From Desulfobacterales bacterium (GTDB lineage Bacteria; Desulfobacterota; Desulfobacteria; Desulfobacterales; UBA5852), in assembly GCA_963674755.2 (NCBI GenBank), contig CAXXVS010000002.1:512001-576000 (forward strand): a stretch of 64,000 nucleotides of DNA. Reading direction: 5' to 3'. Under the pieces are notes generated by a model. It did no database searches. It had not been told where the DNA came from and worked only from the letters and a program-made list of their open reading frames with translations. Below are positions 41,156 to 51,835 of the stretch, piece after piece (position 1 is the stretch's first letter; each line of letters begins with the position of its first letter). Made by a program: the position numbers and the translations under genes.

Positions 41156-41638
41156 ATGATCGAAAAAGCATTACGGGAGGTCGTTGTCCCCGCGGAAGAA
41201 GCAACGTTCTGGATGGATTGCTGGGGGAACTGGTGCAACCGGCACGGCCGTTTGGAACACCGCAAAATCATCGCTTATTTCAATGCCGCCATCGCGCGGG
41301 ACGAGCAGGGATATTTCGTTTCCCAGATCAATGGTGACGTGCGTGAAAAAGTGTACTTCCGCTATGAAGAAACGGCTCTTTTCGTATTCGACGTGCGGCC
41401 GGGAGAGGTGCTGACACTGGTTCTCAACACCGGTCGTGAGGTCAGGCTGGAACCCGGAATGCTCTTTATCCGCAACGACCACCTTTACGCCCGTAAGGGT
41501 GACGAGTTGATCAAATTCAATGAAATCAGTATGCTGAAAATCAGTCGCTTTTTTGACTATGCGGAAGACCACTGTTTTCTCAACTATAAGGGACAGCGAA
41601 CGGCCATTCCCGTGATGCCTGACCGACCGTCAACCTGA
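41156..41638 (+). CDS. Conserved hypothetical protein
   Basis: 160 aa ORF with protein-like composition, first of a co-oriented run. Confidence 0.7.
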   Translation: MIEKALREVVVPAEEATFWMDCWGNWCNRHGRLEHRKIIAYFNAAIARDEQGYFVSQINGDVREKVYFRYEETALFVFDVRPGEVLTLVLNTGREVRLEPGMLFIRNDHLYARKGDELIKFNEISMLKISRFFDYAEDHCFLNYKGQRTAIPVMPDRPST

Positions 41639-41712
41639 GATCCAACCGGCGGCCGCCCCCATGGTTGGGAAGGGCATCATTATCGGCCTGGCCATTCGGA
41701 GAGGAGGGGAAG

Positions 41713-42081
41713 ATGAAATGGTTTATCGTCCTGATCAGTATCATTTGGATTGCATCGGGTGGTTTTTTGATCCTTTACACAGACCGCTGCCGTGATATGC
41801 TGGCTAAGGCCTTCGAACGGATGGGTCGCCTACCGCTAGCGGCCACGGCCGCCCTTCTTGGCCTTTTATTGCTGCTCTCGGCCCGCAGCACCGTGAATTC
41901 CGGTGTCGTGGTCGTGCTTGGACTGCTGGCGCTTGCCAAAGGGGGTGTCTTTCTCTGGAACCCGGGCCATTTTTTCGACAAGACGCGGCAATGGTGGCTG
42001 GAACGGGCCACCGACCAGACCTACCGCCTGACCGGTATCATTATTCTTGTTCTCGGAACGGCCCTGATTTCCTGGATTTGA
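41713..42081 (+). CDS. Small membrane protein (DUF2065-like)
   Basis: GAGGGG RBS; four hydrophobic segments. Confidence 0.7.
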   Translation: MKWFIVLISIIWIASGGFLILYTDRCRDMLAKAFERMGRLPLAATAALLGLLLLLSARSTVNSGVVVVLGLLALAKGGVFLWNPGHFFDKTRQWWLERATDQTYRLTGIIILVLGTALISWI

Positions 42082-42316
42082 AGGTTGCCCCAGGTGGCCC
42101 ACGCTTTCCGATATGGCCGTGCCGTCTTGAAGCGCCGACCGGCTGGTGGTCTCATGTTGTTTAACGATGCACGCTTTTACAGAGCGGCGTTGGCCGGCAA
42201 CAAGCACGGTTTGGATTGGAGACGGCCAATGAGCGGCTGTCCGTTAGGGACGCTTTATCAGGCGGAAATCCCGCCCCACCTGGCTGACGTAATGGTCGAT
42301 ACCGATAGGACGGAAG

Positions 42317-43372
42317 ATGAATCGTTGCCGCGAAAGATACGGTGACACGAACCAGCCGCAAACGGAACGTCCGATCGATCGGTTGTCGGAATACGCGACC
42401 GTGTTGGGCACCGGACTGGTCGTTTTTCTAGCGTTGCTGATGGGAACTGTGGTTGTAAATGCCCAGCCCGGCATGCCGAACAGGGGCAACGATGAAATCG
42501 CCCGGGTGAATGGCGTTGTCATTACCCGCCAGGCGTTCCAGATCACCTATCGCCAGGCCGTTGATCAGCACGCCCGGGAGGGGCATCCGATTGATGAAGT
42601 CCACCTCGCGCCCTTGCGCCGCAAGGTTATCCAACGCATGGTGGAAGAAGAACTGCTTGTCCAGGAGAGCCGACGGCGCGGCATCACGATCTCAAGCGAA
42701 GAAGTCGATCAGGATGTGGCGGCCGCCCGGGCTCGCTTTGAAACGCCGGAGGCTTTCCAGCAGGAGCTTGCGCGGCTGTATCTGGATGAGACCGGCTATC
42801 GGCGCTACCTAAAGCGGCAGAGGGCTATCGACCGCCTTCTGGCCCAGCAGGTCGACCCCTCGGTATCCGTCTCACCAGAGGAGATGCGGCGGTTCTACGA
42901 GGCTAATCCCCAGCGGTATCAATCCCCTGAAACGATACGCGTGCGTCACATCCTGATCCACAGAGCGGCCGGCGATGCAAACGCCTCCCCCGATGCCGCC
43001 TACCGCAAGATTTCCATGATCAGAGAAAAGTTGGAACAGGGCGAAGATTTTGCCGACCTGGCGGCAGAGTATTCCCAGGAGTCTACCTGGGAGCGGGGAG
43101 GAGATCTGGGCTTCATCCAGCGCGGCCAGATGGTGCCTTCGATCGAATCGGTGGTATTCGATCTGAAGGTGGGGGAAATCAGCCCTATCTTGACCACTGA
43201 ACACGACTACCACCTCGTCCAGGTAAGCGAACGCCATGCCGCAACGATGATGCCGTTTGAGGAGGCCCGGAGCGACATTCAAAAGACCTTGTTGCAGGTC
43301 AAACAAAAGCAAGCGATACGCGCTTATATCAATGTGTTGCGCAAGCGGGCCGAGATTCAGGACGGCCAGTGA
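42317..43372 (+). CDS. SurA/PrsA-like parvulin peptidyl-prolyl isomerase (second copy)
   Basis: IARVNG, VRHILI, GGDLG, YHLV; start uncertain. Confidence 0.9.
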   Translation: MNRCRERYGDTNQPQTERPIDRLSEYATVLGTGLVVFLALLMGTVVVNAQPGMPNRGNDEIARVNGVVITRQAFQITYRQAVDQHAREGHPIDEVHLAPLRRKVIQRMVEEELLVQESRRRGITISSEEVDQDVAAARARFETPEAFQQELARLYLDETGYRRYLKRQRAIDRLLAQQVDPSVSVSPEEMRRFYEANPQRYQSPETIRVRHILIHRAAGDANASPDAAYRKISMIREKLEQGEDFADLAAEYSQESTWERGGDLGFIQRGQMVPSIESVVFDLKVGEISPILTTEHDYHLVQVSERHAATMMPFEEARSDIQKTLLQVKQKQAIRAYINVLRKRAEIQDGQ

Positions 43373-43799
43373 CGGCGGTCACTGCCCCCAACATCGAAGT
43401 CACCGCGTGGTGTGGTTGATTGATGTGCAAAGCCGGTGCTAATCTGATCCCATAATCGAGAGCGACGTTCCCAGAACGATTTCCCGGATATTAAACCCTT
43501 TCGCTGCGGGCAATTCAAGCCCGCTAGAACGTTGCCATCTTCCGGAGGCACAACCAAGCGGTTCCAACGACCCGATAGGCCCAAGCGAGCTATCTATGCC
43601 GTCAGATCAACCGTCAGGGCCAAGCCTGACAAACAGTCCTTTGCGAACGTGTGTTCATCCCGCTGGTCGTTTTCGTGTGGCCCACCACCGCTCCTCTTTT
43701 TCGGTGGTCAATTTGCGACTGCGTCGATGGGTTCAGGAAGTGGGGCGCCGTGGGGACGATACCCCAGTGACCAACCATACCAATTTCCCGGAAGGACCG

Positions 43800-45281
43800 A
43801 TGGCCGCGCATGAAACGGACGGCGTCTATGAAATTGCCAATCCCTTCCCGTTTCGGGGGGCCACCTATATTGGCAAAGCATGGGCCGATGCCAAACGACG
43901 CGACCCGTCCGCAATCTGTCTGCCGCCCCCTGCGGCGCTGTCCATGACCCGGTGGTGTCGTGAACAGCTTGCCGGCGATGGGGTTCCTGCCGACCGTTGT
44001 TCGGATTGGCTCCAATCCATGCCCGAAGCGGTTCAACTGGCCCTGGCCGTCAATTCCACCGACCCGGAAGACCTGATTCCCCTGGCGGAAGCCTGCGGTG
44101 CATTTCTCCATGATCCGGATACGGGCCAGCCCGTCGGTCTCCGTTATGGCACGCGATCCGATGGCACCGTGTACCCTCTGATCCATAACCCCGTTTTGTT
44201 TGAGGCCGTGGCCAACAACGCTCATCTGCCGGATGTCTACAAAGAGGTGATGGTATTGCGGCCCGGGGCCCAGGGCGGCAGCGCTATCATGGGGGAATGG
44301 CAAGCGCCGAGCGGCAGCCATGTCTTTGAATATCTGCGTGACAACAGCTATATTCCCGGGGGGCATTATGCCGCCAACATGGCCAATGACGCCATCCGCT
44401 ACCGGCTGGATGCGCTCGCCATGCATGATATGATTGGCATGCGGCATCTATACTATCAGCGTACCTTCGTACGCCTGGCGACCATGGCCGGGTTGGAAGC
44501 GGACTTCGACCGGAGGAGCCTCTCCGTAGGGGAACTGGAAGCGCTGCGGCATCATCTCCTGGCAGCATTTGCGAATCCAGCCAAGGGACGCCAAATGGCC
44601 GCAAACGGCGCGTTGTGGGGATGGAATTTCGGCTTTGATTATTCGCCCAGTCATTACCGCCTGCATGCCTCCCACCAGCAGATCCACCAGCAGTATGCGC
44701 TCATTCCCCGGAACGCGCCGGCCGCCGGATCGCCGGCCGGGTCGGCGGGAGTGCTTTCCGCCTATGCCTGCGGCGATCAGATCCACGATTTTATAGGCGC
44801 CTATAAGGACGCCACCGGGACGGATTTTTTCACGGCTTATGTCAACGCCGTGCTTCAGAACGAACGTACCGACGGACGCACCGACGGGGATAGCGACCTG
44901 GTGGTCTACCGTGATGCCAACGTCATCGTGTTTGTTCCCAAGGCCCAGACATCCCAGTGGGAGCTTCAGATCCTTCCCCTAAACCCGGTGGGCAACGTCC
45001 TCGAAGCCGATGAGCCGACCCGGGCATCCCTGGACAGGGCCCTCTGGACGACACTGCGCACCCTTGGGAATATGGGGGCCCGCATGGTGACCACCATCGA
45101 GTTCAGCAAGCGCTTCGATGCCGGTGCCACGGGCCAGCGCCTGCTCTACAGTATTCTGCCGCGTCTTCCCGAATCGCCCGGTGCGTTTAGCGAAGCGCAA
45201 CTGCGCTGGATTACCGGCCACTATCCCGAAGATTTTGCGGCCGCCTGCCGCCTGCGGCGACCCATCGCCGACATGCCGTAA
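43800..45281 (+). CDS. Hypothetical protein with divergent GalT/HIT-like fold
   Basis: GWNFG...HASHQQIHQQ resembles GalT N-x-G...GAS.xHPHxQ; downstream FVPKA...WELQILP; GAAGGA RBS. Confidence 0.6.
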   Translation: MAAHETDGVYEIANPFPFRGATYIGKAWADAKRRDPSAICLPPPAALSMTRWCREQLAGDGVPADRCSDWLQSMPEAVQLALAVNSTDPEDLIPLAEACGAFLHDPDTGQPVGLRYGTRSDGTVYPLIHNPVLFEAVANNAHLPDVYKEVMVLRPGAQGGSAIMGEWQAPSGSHVFEYLRDNSYIPGGHYAANMANDAIRYRLDALAMHDMIGMRHLYYQRTFVRLATMAGLEADFDRRSLSVGELEALRHHLLAAFANPAKGRQMAANGALWGWNFGFDYSPSHYRLHASHQQIHQQYALIPRNAPAAGSPAGSAGVLSAYACGDQIHDFIGAYKDATGTDFFTAYVNAVLQNERTDGRTDGDSDLVVYRDANVIVFVPKAQTSQWELQILPLNPVGNVLEADEPTRASLDRALWTTLRTLGNMGARMVTTIEFSKRFDAGATGQRLLYSILPRLPESPGAFSEAQLRWITGHYPEDFAAACRLRRPIADMP

Positions 45282-45714
45282 CCCTGTCTTTATGCGGTAT
45301 TTATCCCCTGAAATGCGCTGATAAGCCATTGGCCGGCGTTGATTCGGTCACGCTGATCAGGGCGATGGCCCCTCGCGGCTGAAAGCCCGAGAACCGGCCG
45401 TATCCCTTTGTAGCGTCTGTAAAAATGTCCCCCTGTCTACATTAGTATAGGCATCCATCCGGCTTGGTGAGGCCGCCTTGCCGAGTGGGTTACCCCCCGA
45501 CCGCTGGGAGGCCTGGTCCGCATAAGCTCTTCGCAGTGGCTTGCGCAGGTTGTCATGACATGTGCCCATTTCCTAGGCGCACATTTTGCAAGCTTATTGT
45601 CCATCAGGACTGCGTGATGGTGGTTTGAAGACGCCGGTCGGCCCGGTGCCCTATAATGTTCGGGGTATTGCCGGGCCCGTTGGTCTGCCCCGTGTTCGAG
45701 CAGGAGGTCAATTC

Positions 45715-46875
45715 ATGCCGATCCGACTGAAAATTGCACAATCAACCGCCGAAAAATCAGAGGTCTACCGGTTCAGGCATCAGGTGTTTGTCGAGGAAGA
45801 AGGGCGATTTCAAGTTTCGGACAATCATATCATCGATCAGTATGACAGCTTTGCGGAAACGATCAATGTCCTGGCCTATGATGACCGGCACCCCATCGGC
45901 AGTATCCGCGTTATCATGGAAAATGACGTGGGGTTTCCGGCGGACGATTTTTATGATTTCGCGCCCTTTCGGAAGACCCTCAACGGGGCTTGCGCCTGCA
46001 TCGGCTGGCTGTGCTGCGCCCGAAAATACCGCCGGCATCCCGGTCTGGTGATCGGCCTGATCAAGATGTGTTTCCGTGAAATGCGCAAGAAAAAGGCCCG
46101 GCATGTCCTGGCCACGCTTCATCCACCGGTGCTGTCGATGCTGTCCCGGATTGTCGGCGCCCGGGCCATCGGGCCCGAGTTCCATTGCGACGCCCTGCAG
46201 GTTGCCATGCTTCCGGTGCATGTCGATCTGCAGCAATTGCCCCCCGGCAGCCGGGAGACGTTCGATGACCCGTCCAACATGATCCTGGATGATTCCAACG
46301 AGCGGCGCATTTATCGGCGGGGCGAAGTCATCATACGCAAAGACGATATCGGCGAGGAAGCCTTCCTGATGATGCGCGGTTCCGTCCGTGTGGTGAGCGA
46401 AGACGGCGGTGATGCTTTAATGACGGACGGCCCGATGTTCGGCCCCGGGCAAATATTTGGCGAATTATCGCTGCTGGACGGCGGGCCTCGGACATCCACC
46501 GTGATTGCCAGCTCCAATGAAGCCGATGTCATGGTCTGGAAGCGCGCCGAGCTGCTTCAGCAGCTCGCACGTGACAGGGGGCGCGCATTGCGGATTCTGG
46601 AATTACTGGGCACCCGCCTGCGGCACCAGATCGAGGGGCGCCGCAACGATCCGCCTGTTTCGCTTGCCGCCCGTATTCTGGTGGACAGCTCCCATAACGG
46701 GGAACTTCCCGTCGATATGCAATGGCTGAGTCGTCAGTGCGGGATCGAGGGACGTGTCTTTCAGGATATCATGAATAGCTGGGAGCGGGCGCACTGGATC
46801 ACGACCGATCCTGACCGGGGGTGTCTGGCAGTGAACAATCGGGATGAACTCACGGCCCAGATTGGTATGCCCTGA
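45715..46875 (+). CDS. FeeM/LuxI-like GNAT acyltransferase fused to cNMP-binding and Crp-like HTH domains
   Basis: YRFRHQVF..E, DQYD, IGSIRV; then GEVIIRKDD...FGELSLLDGGPRTSTV; helical C-terminus; AGGAGG RBS. Confidence 0.82.
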   Translation: MPIRLKIAQSTAEKSEVYRFRHQVFVEEEGRFQVSDNHIIDQYDSFAETINVLAYDDRHPIGSIRVIMENDVGFPADDFYDFAPFRKTLNGACACIGWLCCARKYRRHPGLVIGLIKMCFREMRKKKARHVLATLHPPVLSMLSRIVGARAIGPEFHCDALQVAMLPVHVDLQQLPPGSRETFDDPSNMILDDSNERRIYRRGEVIIRKDDIGEEAFLMMRGSVRVVSEDGGDALMTDGPMFGPGQIFGELSLLDGGPRTSTVIASSNEADVMVWKRAELLQQLARDRGRALRILELLGTRLRHQIEGRRNDPPVSLAARILVDSSHNGELPVDMQWLSRQCGIEGRVFQDIMNSWERAHWITTDPDRGCLAVNNRDELTAQIGMP

Positions 46876-46930
46876 CGAACCCGCTGGTCCGTGGATGGTT
46901 TGAAGATGTCTGCCGGAAAGTGATGCGACG

Positions 46931-48973
46931 ATGGAAAATTTATCTCATAGGTCAGAACTGCGCGCCCTCGGGTACCAGCACAAATATCATTACCTCGAGG
47001 ATGCCCTTGCCCGCAATATCGGTTTCTTTTCGATGGCCGAGCAGGATCGGCTCCTGAATACGACGGTGGCGATACCCGGATTGGGGGGCGTTGGCGGAGC
47101 CCATCTCATCACCCTGGCCCGCATGGGGGTAGGCCGTTTCCATCTGGCGGATTTTGACGTATTCGAACCGGCCAATCTGAACCGGCAATATGGCGCCAAG
47201 GTCAGCCATTTCGGACGCCCCAAACTGGATGTCATGGTCGAGGAAGCGCTGAACATCAACCCTTTTCTTGATATTCGAAGATTCCCCGAGGGGGTTGGCC
47301 AGAAGAATCTGGAAACCTTTCTGGACGGGGTCGATGTGGTGGTGGACGGGATCGATTTTTTCAACTTCGATGTGCGTCGTATGGTCTTCAAGCGGGCCGC
47401 GGCGCTAGGGATCCATACTATTACGGCCGGTCCGCTGGGTTACAGTGCGGCGATGCTGGTGTTTGCACCCGGCCAGGGAATGGATTTCGATGCCTACTTT
47501 GATATTCGCGATGGGATGCCGCTCGAAGATAAACTGCTCGCGTTTATGATCGGCCTGGCCCCGCGTGCAACACATCGGCACTACATCGATCCCCGCGCCG
47601 TCGACTTGGAACATCAGCGGGGGCCCTCATTGGGCGCGGGCTGTGAGAATTGTGCGGCCACGGCCGCGGCAGAGGTGGCCCGGATTGTGCTCGGGCAGCC
47701 CGGCGTGCGTCCGGCACCCCACTACGTTCAATATGATCCCTATGTCCGGCGGTTTCACCAGGGGTATCTTCCGTTTGGCAATCGAAATCTCCTCCAACGC
47801 TTGAAGCGGCGTCTTATCAAACGGCAGATGCGGCATGACGGCCGACGCCCTTCCCCTATCCCTCCGGCCGCACCGCGCGTTGTCGATATGGGCGCGGACA
47901 TTCCACAGGACGTCATGGATTACCTGCTGCGTGCTGCGATTCAGGCCCCGTCGGGTGATAACTGCCAACCCTGGTGGTTTCGCGTCGATCACAACCGTAT
48001 CGATATTGGCCTGCGGCCGGAAGCCGACCATTCACTGTTCAATGTCAATCAATGTGCGTCCCTGATTGCCTGCGGGGCGGCGCTGGAAAATCTTCTGCTT
48101 GCCGCCACCCGCTATGGCCTCGAGGGCGATGTGAGCTACCCGCCTGAAGCCCAAGCCGACGATTGCCTGGCAAGCGTTCGCCTGCGCCGGTCCGGGATCG
48201 AAGAGGATCCCCTGCTCCGGTTCATCTGGGAGCGACACACCAACCGCACCCGCTATCACCAGAGTCCGTTGCCACCGAAGAGCATGATCGAACTGATCCG
48301 CAGTCTGGATCACTACCCTGAGATGGCGTTGAAACTCTACCATTCCAAAGAGGATATTCGCACCATCGCCGGGCTGGTTTATCAAGCCGACCGGGCCCGC
48401 GTAACGCTGCGCGGCCTCCATGAGCAGTTGATTCGGATGATTCGCTTCTCCCGCGAAGAGGTGCTTCAAAAACGCGACGGATTCCCATTGGAAAATCTGG
48501 AAGCCGGCTGGGGTGGCGAAATGTTTTTACGATTGACACGCAACTGGTCTGTCATGCGAATCTTCAATCGTCTCGGTATCTCCAGGATCGTTCCCCTGAT
48601 CGCCTATCGGGGCATCATGAACGCCTCTCTGATCGGTTTGCTCAAGTGCCCGGATACGCGCCCGGAAACCTTGGTCAAAGGCGGACGGGCGCTCGAGCGC
48701 TTATGGTTGACGACTACCCGGATGGGGCTCTCCTTCCAGCCCATGACAGCCATAACCCTTTTCTGGATGCGCTGGCGGATGAATCAGCTGGACGCCTTGG
48801 GGGACAACCAAGCCCGGATGCTGAAGTCCATGTGGAAGGCCTATCACCATATTTTCGACGTGACGCCGGACAGTCATGAGGGCCATATAATGCTGTTTCG
48901 CATCGGGGTCGGCAACCCGGTCGCCTGCCGGACATTTCGTAAAGCACCTGAAGCCTGCTTGCTGCCGAACTGA
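46931..48973 (+). CDS. ThiF/E1-like adenylyltransferase fused to nitroreductase-like domain
   Basis: GLGGVG, ADFDVFEPANLNRQ, VVDGID; C-terminal QAPSGDNCQPW, RHTNR, GRALERLWL, FRIG. Confidence 0.9.
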   Translation: MENLSHRSELRALGYQHKYHYLEDALARNIGFFSMAEQDRLLNTTVAIPGLGGVGGAHLITLARMGVGRFHLADFDVFEPANLNRQYGAKVSHFGRPKLDVMVEEALNINPFLDIRRFPEGVGQKNLETFLDGVDVVVDGIDFFNFDVRRMVFKRAAALGIHTITAGPLGYSAAMLVFAPGQGMDFDAYFDIRDGMPLEDKLLAFMIGLAPRATHRHYIDPRAVDLEHQRGPSLGAGCENCAATAAAEVARIVLGQPGVRPAPHYVQYDPYVRRFHQGYLPFGNRNLLQRLKRRLIKRQMRHDGRRPSPIPPAAPRVVDMGADIPQDVMDYLLRAAIQAPSGDNCQPWWFRVDHNRIDIGLRPEADHSLFNVNQCASLIACGAALENLLLAATRYGLEGDVSYPPEAQADDCLASVRLRRSGIEEDPLLRFIWERHTNRTRYHQSPLPPKSMIELIRSLDHYPEMALKLYHSKEDIRTIAGLVYQADRARVTLRGLHEQLIRMIRFSREEVLQKRDGFPLENLEAGWGGEMFLRLTRNWSVMRIFNRLGISRIVPLIAYRGIMNASLIGLLKCPDTRPETLVKGGRALERLWLTTTRMGLSFQPMTAITLFWMRWRMNQLDALGDNQARMLKSMWKAYHHIFDVTPDSHEGHIMLFRIGVGNPVACRTFRKAPEACLLPN

Positions 48974-49199
48974 AAACTGCTCAATCCGCCTTACAAGTTC
49001 TACCCTCCGGCCTATTACGATCCGTCGGATCTGCTCGGGGAACCCACCTCCCTAGAAATGCTTCCTGACAGGTTTGCACGCTAATGCCGCTTTGCCATGA
49101 TGGGATGGGCGAGCGAGGCGTCATCGCAGACGAAAATCGCGTGAGACCGCATGCGGTCGACAGGCATGCGGCGGCAACGGCGGCCGCAAAAGGTTCGAT

Positions 49200-50546
49200 C
49201 TATAAAGATTGGTCCCGGAGGGGCAAGCGCAGCGTCTGATTGACATGGATTCGATTTCCCCGGTTGGATAGATTGTTGGCCGCCACGAGATCCGCCACAC
49301 GCAGATCGTGTTTTTTAGCGATCGAGGAGAGTGTGTCGCCCTTGCGTACGCGGTAGATGGGGGAACGTTTTTGGCGCACCATCAGAAGTGGTTCCGGAAT
49401 CCTGGCATTGTAGGCCAGCCGGTAGTGCCATTCATGGGCGGGAACGCGCAGGGCATAGTGTCGGGGAATGTACTGGAGGCCATTGAGAACGGCAGGGCGC
49501 AGAGCCGGATTGAGCCGGCGCAGAAGGTCGGCATCCAGATTGAAATGCCGGGCGGCGTCCCTGAACGCCACGAAGCCGTCCGAGGAAATGTGGAGGACCG
49601 GGCGTTCCTCCCGTGGTGGCAGGGCATCGAAATAATGTCGGGCGTTGCGGGCTGCTTCCCGGGCGGCCAGAAATTCCGGGTAGAAGTTGCGTGACGCAAA
49701 GCGGAACCGGCGGCTGCGGTAGTTTTGAAAGATCGCCGCATAGCTCTTGTGGCGGCGTTTGGCGCGCCGCAGGCCTGCGATACCGTGATTATAGGCCGTG
49801 ATCGCCAGGGGCCAGCTTCCAAGTCTGCGATAGTTGGTTTTCAGAAGCATAGCGGCGGCTTCGGAGGCGCGGACCGGGTCCAAGCGCTCGTCGATTGCCG
49901 GGTCAATGTGGAGATAATGGCGCCCGGTTTTCCGGGTAAACTGCCAGATGCCCGTCGCACCGGATTTGCTATGCGCCTGGTTGTTGAAGGAAGATTCGAC
50001 GTGCGCCAGGTAGGCCAGATCCTCGGGCAACCCGGCGTTGCGGAAGATGGTCCGAATGGTTTCGATATGGGCAGAGGAGCGGATCAATCCTTCGCGGAAA
50101 CGGTCGCGCTGACCGACCTGGCAGCGAATACGCCGTTTGGCCTGTTTTAACTGGTCCGGCGTTAGGGACGCTTTCCACAGGTCGGTGATGGGTATGAGAT
50201 CCGGGTCATTGCTGTGTGGGTTGCGCATCAGACGGTCGAGTTGATCGCGCACCTTGAGACGTGCCTGTCGCATGCGGGCGGCATTGATGCGATGCGCTTG
50301 CGGTGCATCGGGATGCTTGAGTTCGATGACGTCATAGATGATTTCCGGGTGCCGGCTGTCATGCACCACCCCCTCCACGAGGCTATAGCGGGTATAGATG
50401 GCCAACCAGAAGTTGACCGATGGCTGAATGGCCGCTGGTTGCGGAAACGGATCGGCCGCGTACGTTATCATGGGACGGATTCCCAAAATCAGAATAGCCC
50501 CGAATAGGGCGGTCAGTGGCGTCAGGAAGCGGTTGAGCAGTGTCAT
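49200..50546 (-). CDS. MltD-like lytic transglycosylase with LysM
   Basis: HVESSF, GIWQF, DERLDP, AYNHG; YRVRKGDTLSSIA. Confidence 0.93.
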   Translation of the reverse strand: MTLLNRFLTPLTALFGAILILGIRPMITYAADPFPQPAAIQPSVNFWLAIYTRYSLVEGVVHDSRHPEIIYDVIELKHPDAPQAHRINAARMRQARLKVRDQLDRLMRNPHSNDPDLIPITDLWKASLTPDQLKQAKRRIRCQVGQRDRFREGLIRSSAHIETIRTIFRNAGLPEDLAYLAHVESSFNNQAHSKSGATGIWQFTRKTGRHYLHIDPAIDERLDPVRASEAAAMLLKTNYRRLGSWPLAITAYNHGIAGLRRAKRRHKSYAAIFQNYRSRRFRFASRNFYPEFLAAREAARNARHYFDALPPREERPVLHISSDGFVAFRDAARHFNLDADLLRRLNPALRPAVLNGLQYIPRHYALRVPAHEWHYRLAYNARIPEPLLMVRQKRSPIYRVRKGDTLSSIAKKHDLRVADLVAANNLSNRGNRIHVNQTLRLPLRDQSL

Positions 50547-50786
50547 TCATCAATCTCCAGGCAGAGAGGTTGCGCTTGTGAATCGGTAGAGCGTTCCAGG
50601 GGAAAATAGCAAAGAGTGTACCGAAAGCGGTTGCTATATGGAAATACAATGTATATCCAGAAAGATAGATGGATGTGGAAAACCGCGGCGGTCGATTGGG
50701 AAGAGGCTGGCGGATGGAACTGTATACAAAACATTACGGTTAGCCGGGGCGTGGGGCTATCGGTGGAGGCCCTGGTCGATAGGTCG

Positions 50787-51341
50787 ATGGAAGGGCAATT
50801 CAATCAACAACATGAGATTTTAGCCGACATGGTCGGCGATCTCAAATGTCATCATCCCAAGGTGGTCCTGCTTTTCGGGTCAATGGCCCGCATGCTGACC
50901 GGCAAGGTTACGGGCCATCCGCCAAATGATATCGATTTGCTGGTGGTGGGTGACCAGGTCCCGGCTTTGCTCGAAACAAAAGACTATGGGTTTCCCACAG
51001 AAATGATCCGGATGAGAACCCGTACGCTCACGGAAATCGCCCGATCACTTCGCTACGACAGCCGTCCCGTGGCCCTTGCCAAGCTTTATGCACACCAACT
51101 GGCCAGACAGCATGCCAGCCCTGTGATTGCCGCCTGCCTTCTGCTCGGAGAGACATATCGCTCGTTCGGGATTGAACAGATCGAACTGGATGGGAAGGAG
51201 GATCAACGTGATTATTCGGTGCATCAGGTCTTGTTGGGGCACGCCTGGTGGCGGCAACTCGTGGCCTACACCCGCGAACGGCGAGGACCGCTCAAACGCT
51301 TGAGTGACAAGATTGCACGAATAGACGTCTTCGAAGGCTGA
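50787..51341 (+). CDS. Pol-beta-type nucleotidyltransferase domain protein
   Basis: VLLFGSMAR...NDIDLLVV; start inferred. Confidence 0.65.
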   Translation: MEGQFNQQHEILADMVGDLKCHHPKVVLLFGSMARMLTGKVTGHPPNDIDLLVVGDQVPALLETKDYGFPTEMIRMRTRTLTEIARSLRYDSRPVALAKLYAHQLARQHASPVIAACLLLGETYRSFGIEQIELDGKEDQRDYSVHQVLLGHAWWRQLVAYTRERRGPLKRLSDKIARIDVFEG

Positions 51342-51406
51342 TGAAAGCGGTTGGATGTGGAGAGGCATTCCGCTATCGCGTGACGGCGGTAGGGCGGCCA
51401 GGTATC

Positions 51407-51835
51407 CTAAATATTGAGCCAGTTGCTCAACAGGCTTTTGGCCATCTGAGGATTGGGGAAACCGGAACTATCGCTGAAAAGGCCGACCCGTAAAGAGTAG
51501 TTGGCGCCGTCTCCCCATGGCCAGCAAGTGGCATAGAGCCATATGCCGGAGGCGTTTTCGTCGGTCGCAATGAAAAGGTTCTGCCCTGGCATCAACCCAA
51601 ATCCGGATTGGATGAACTCACTGACGAGGCTGGAGGAATTATCGATGGTCGTGAAATCCCATGTCTGCTCGAATTCGAGGGCGATGGGCAAGAGAATTAA
51701 TTCCAGATCTTCTTTATCGAAGACCACCAGGGCGTGATTATATTTGTCGTCCCAGTCCCAGTGGTTGCCGGGGGGGATATTCAGGCCAATACGACCGCAG
51801 ATGGTTTTAAATTTTGCCAGCTCAGGGGAATTCAT
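51407..51835 (-). CDS. Hypothetical protein
   Basis: 142 aa ORF filling the intergenic gap, aromatic-rich. Confidence 0.65.
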   Translation of the reverse strand: MNSPELAKFKTICGRIGLNIPPGNHWDWDDKYNHALVVFDKEDLELILLPIALEFEQTWDFTTIDNSSSLVSEFIQSGFGLMPGQNLFIATDENASGIWLYATCWPWGDGANYSLRVGLFSDSSGFPNPQMAKSLLSNWLNI

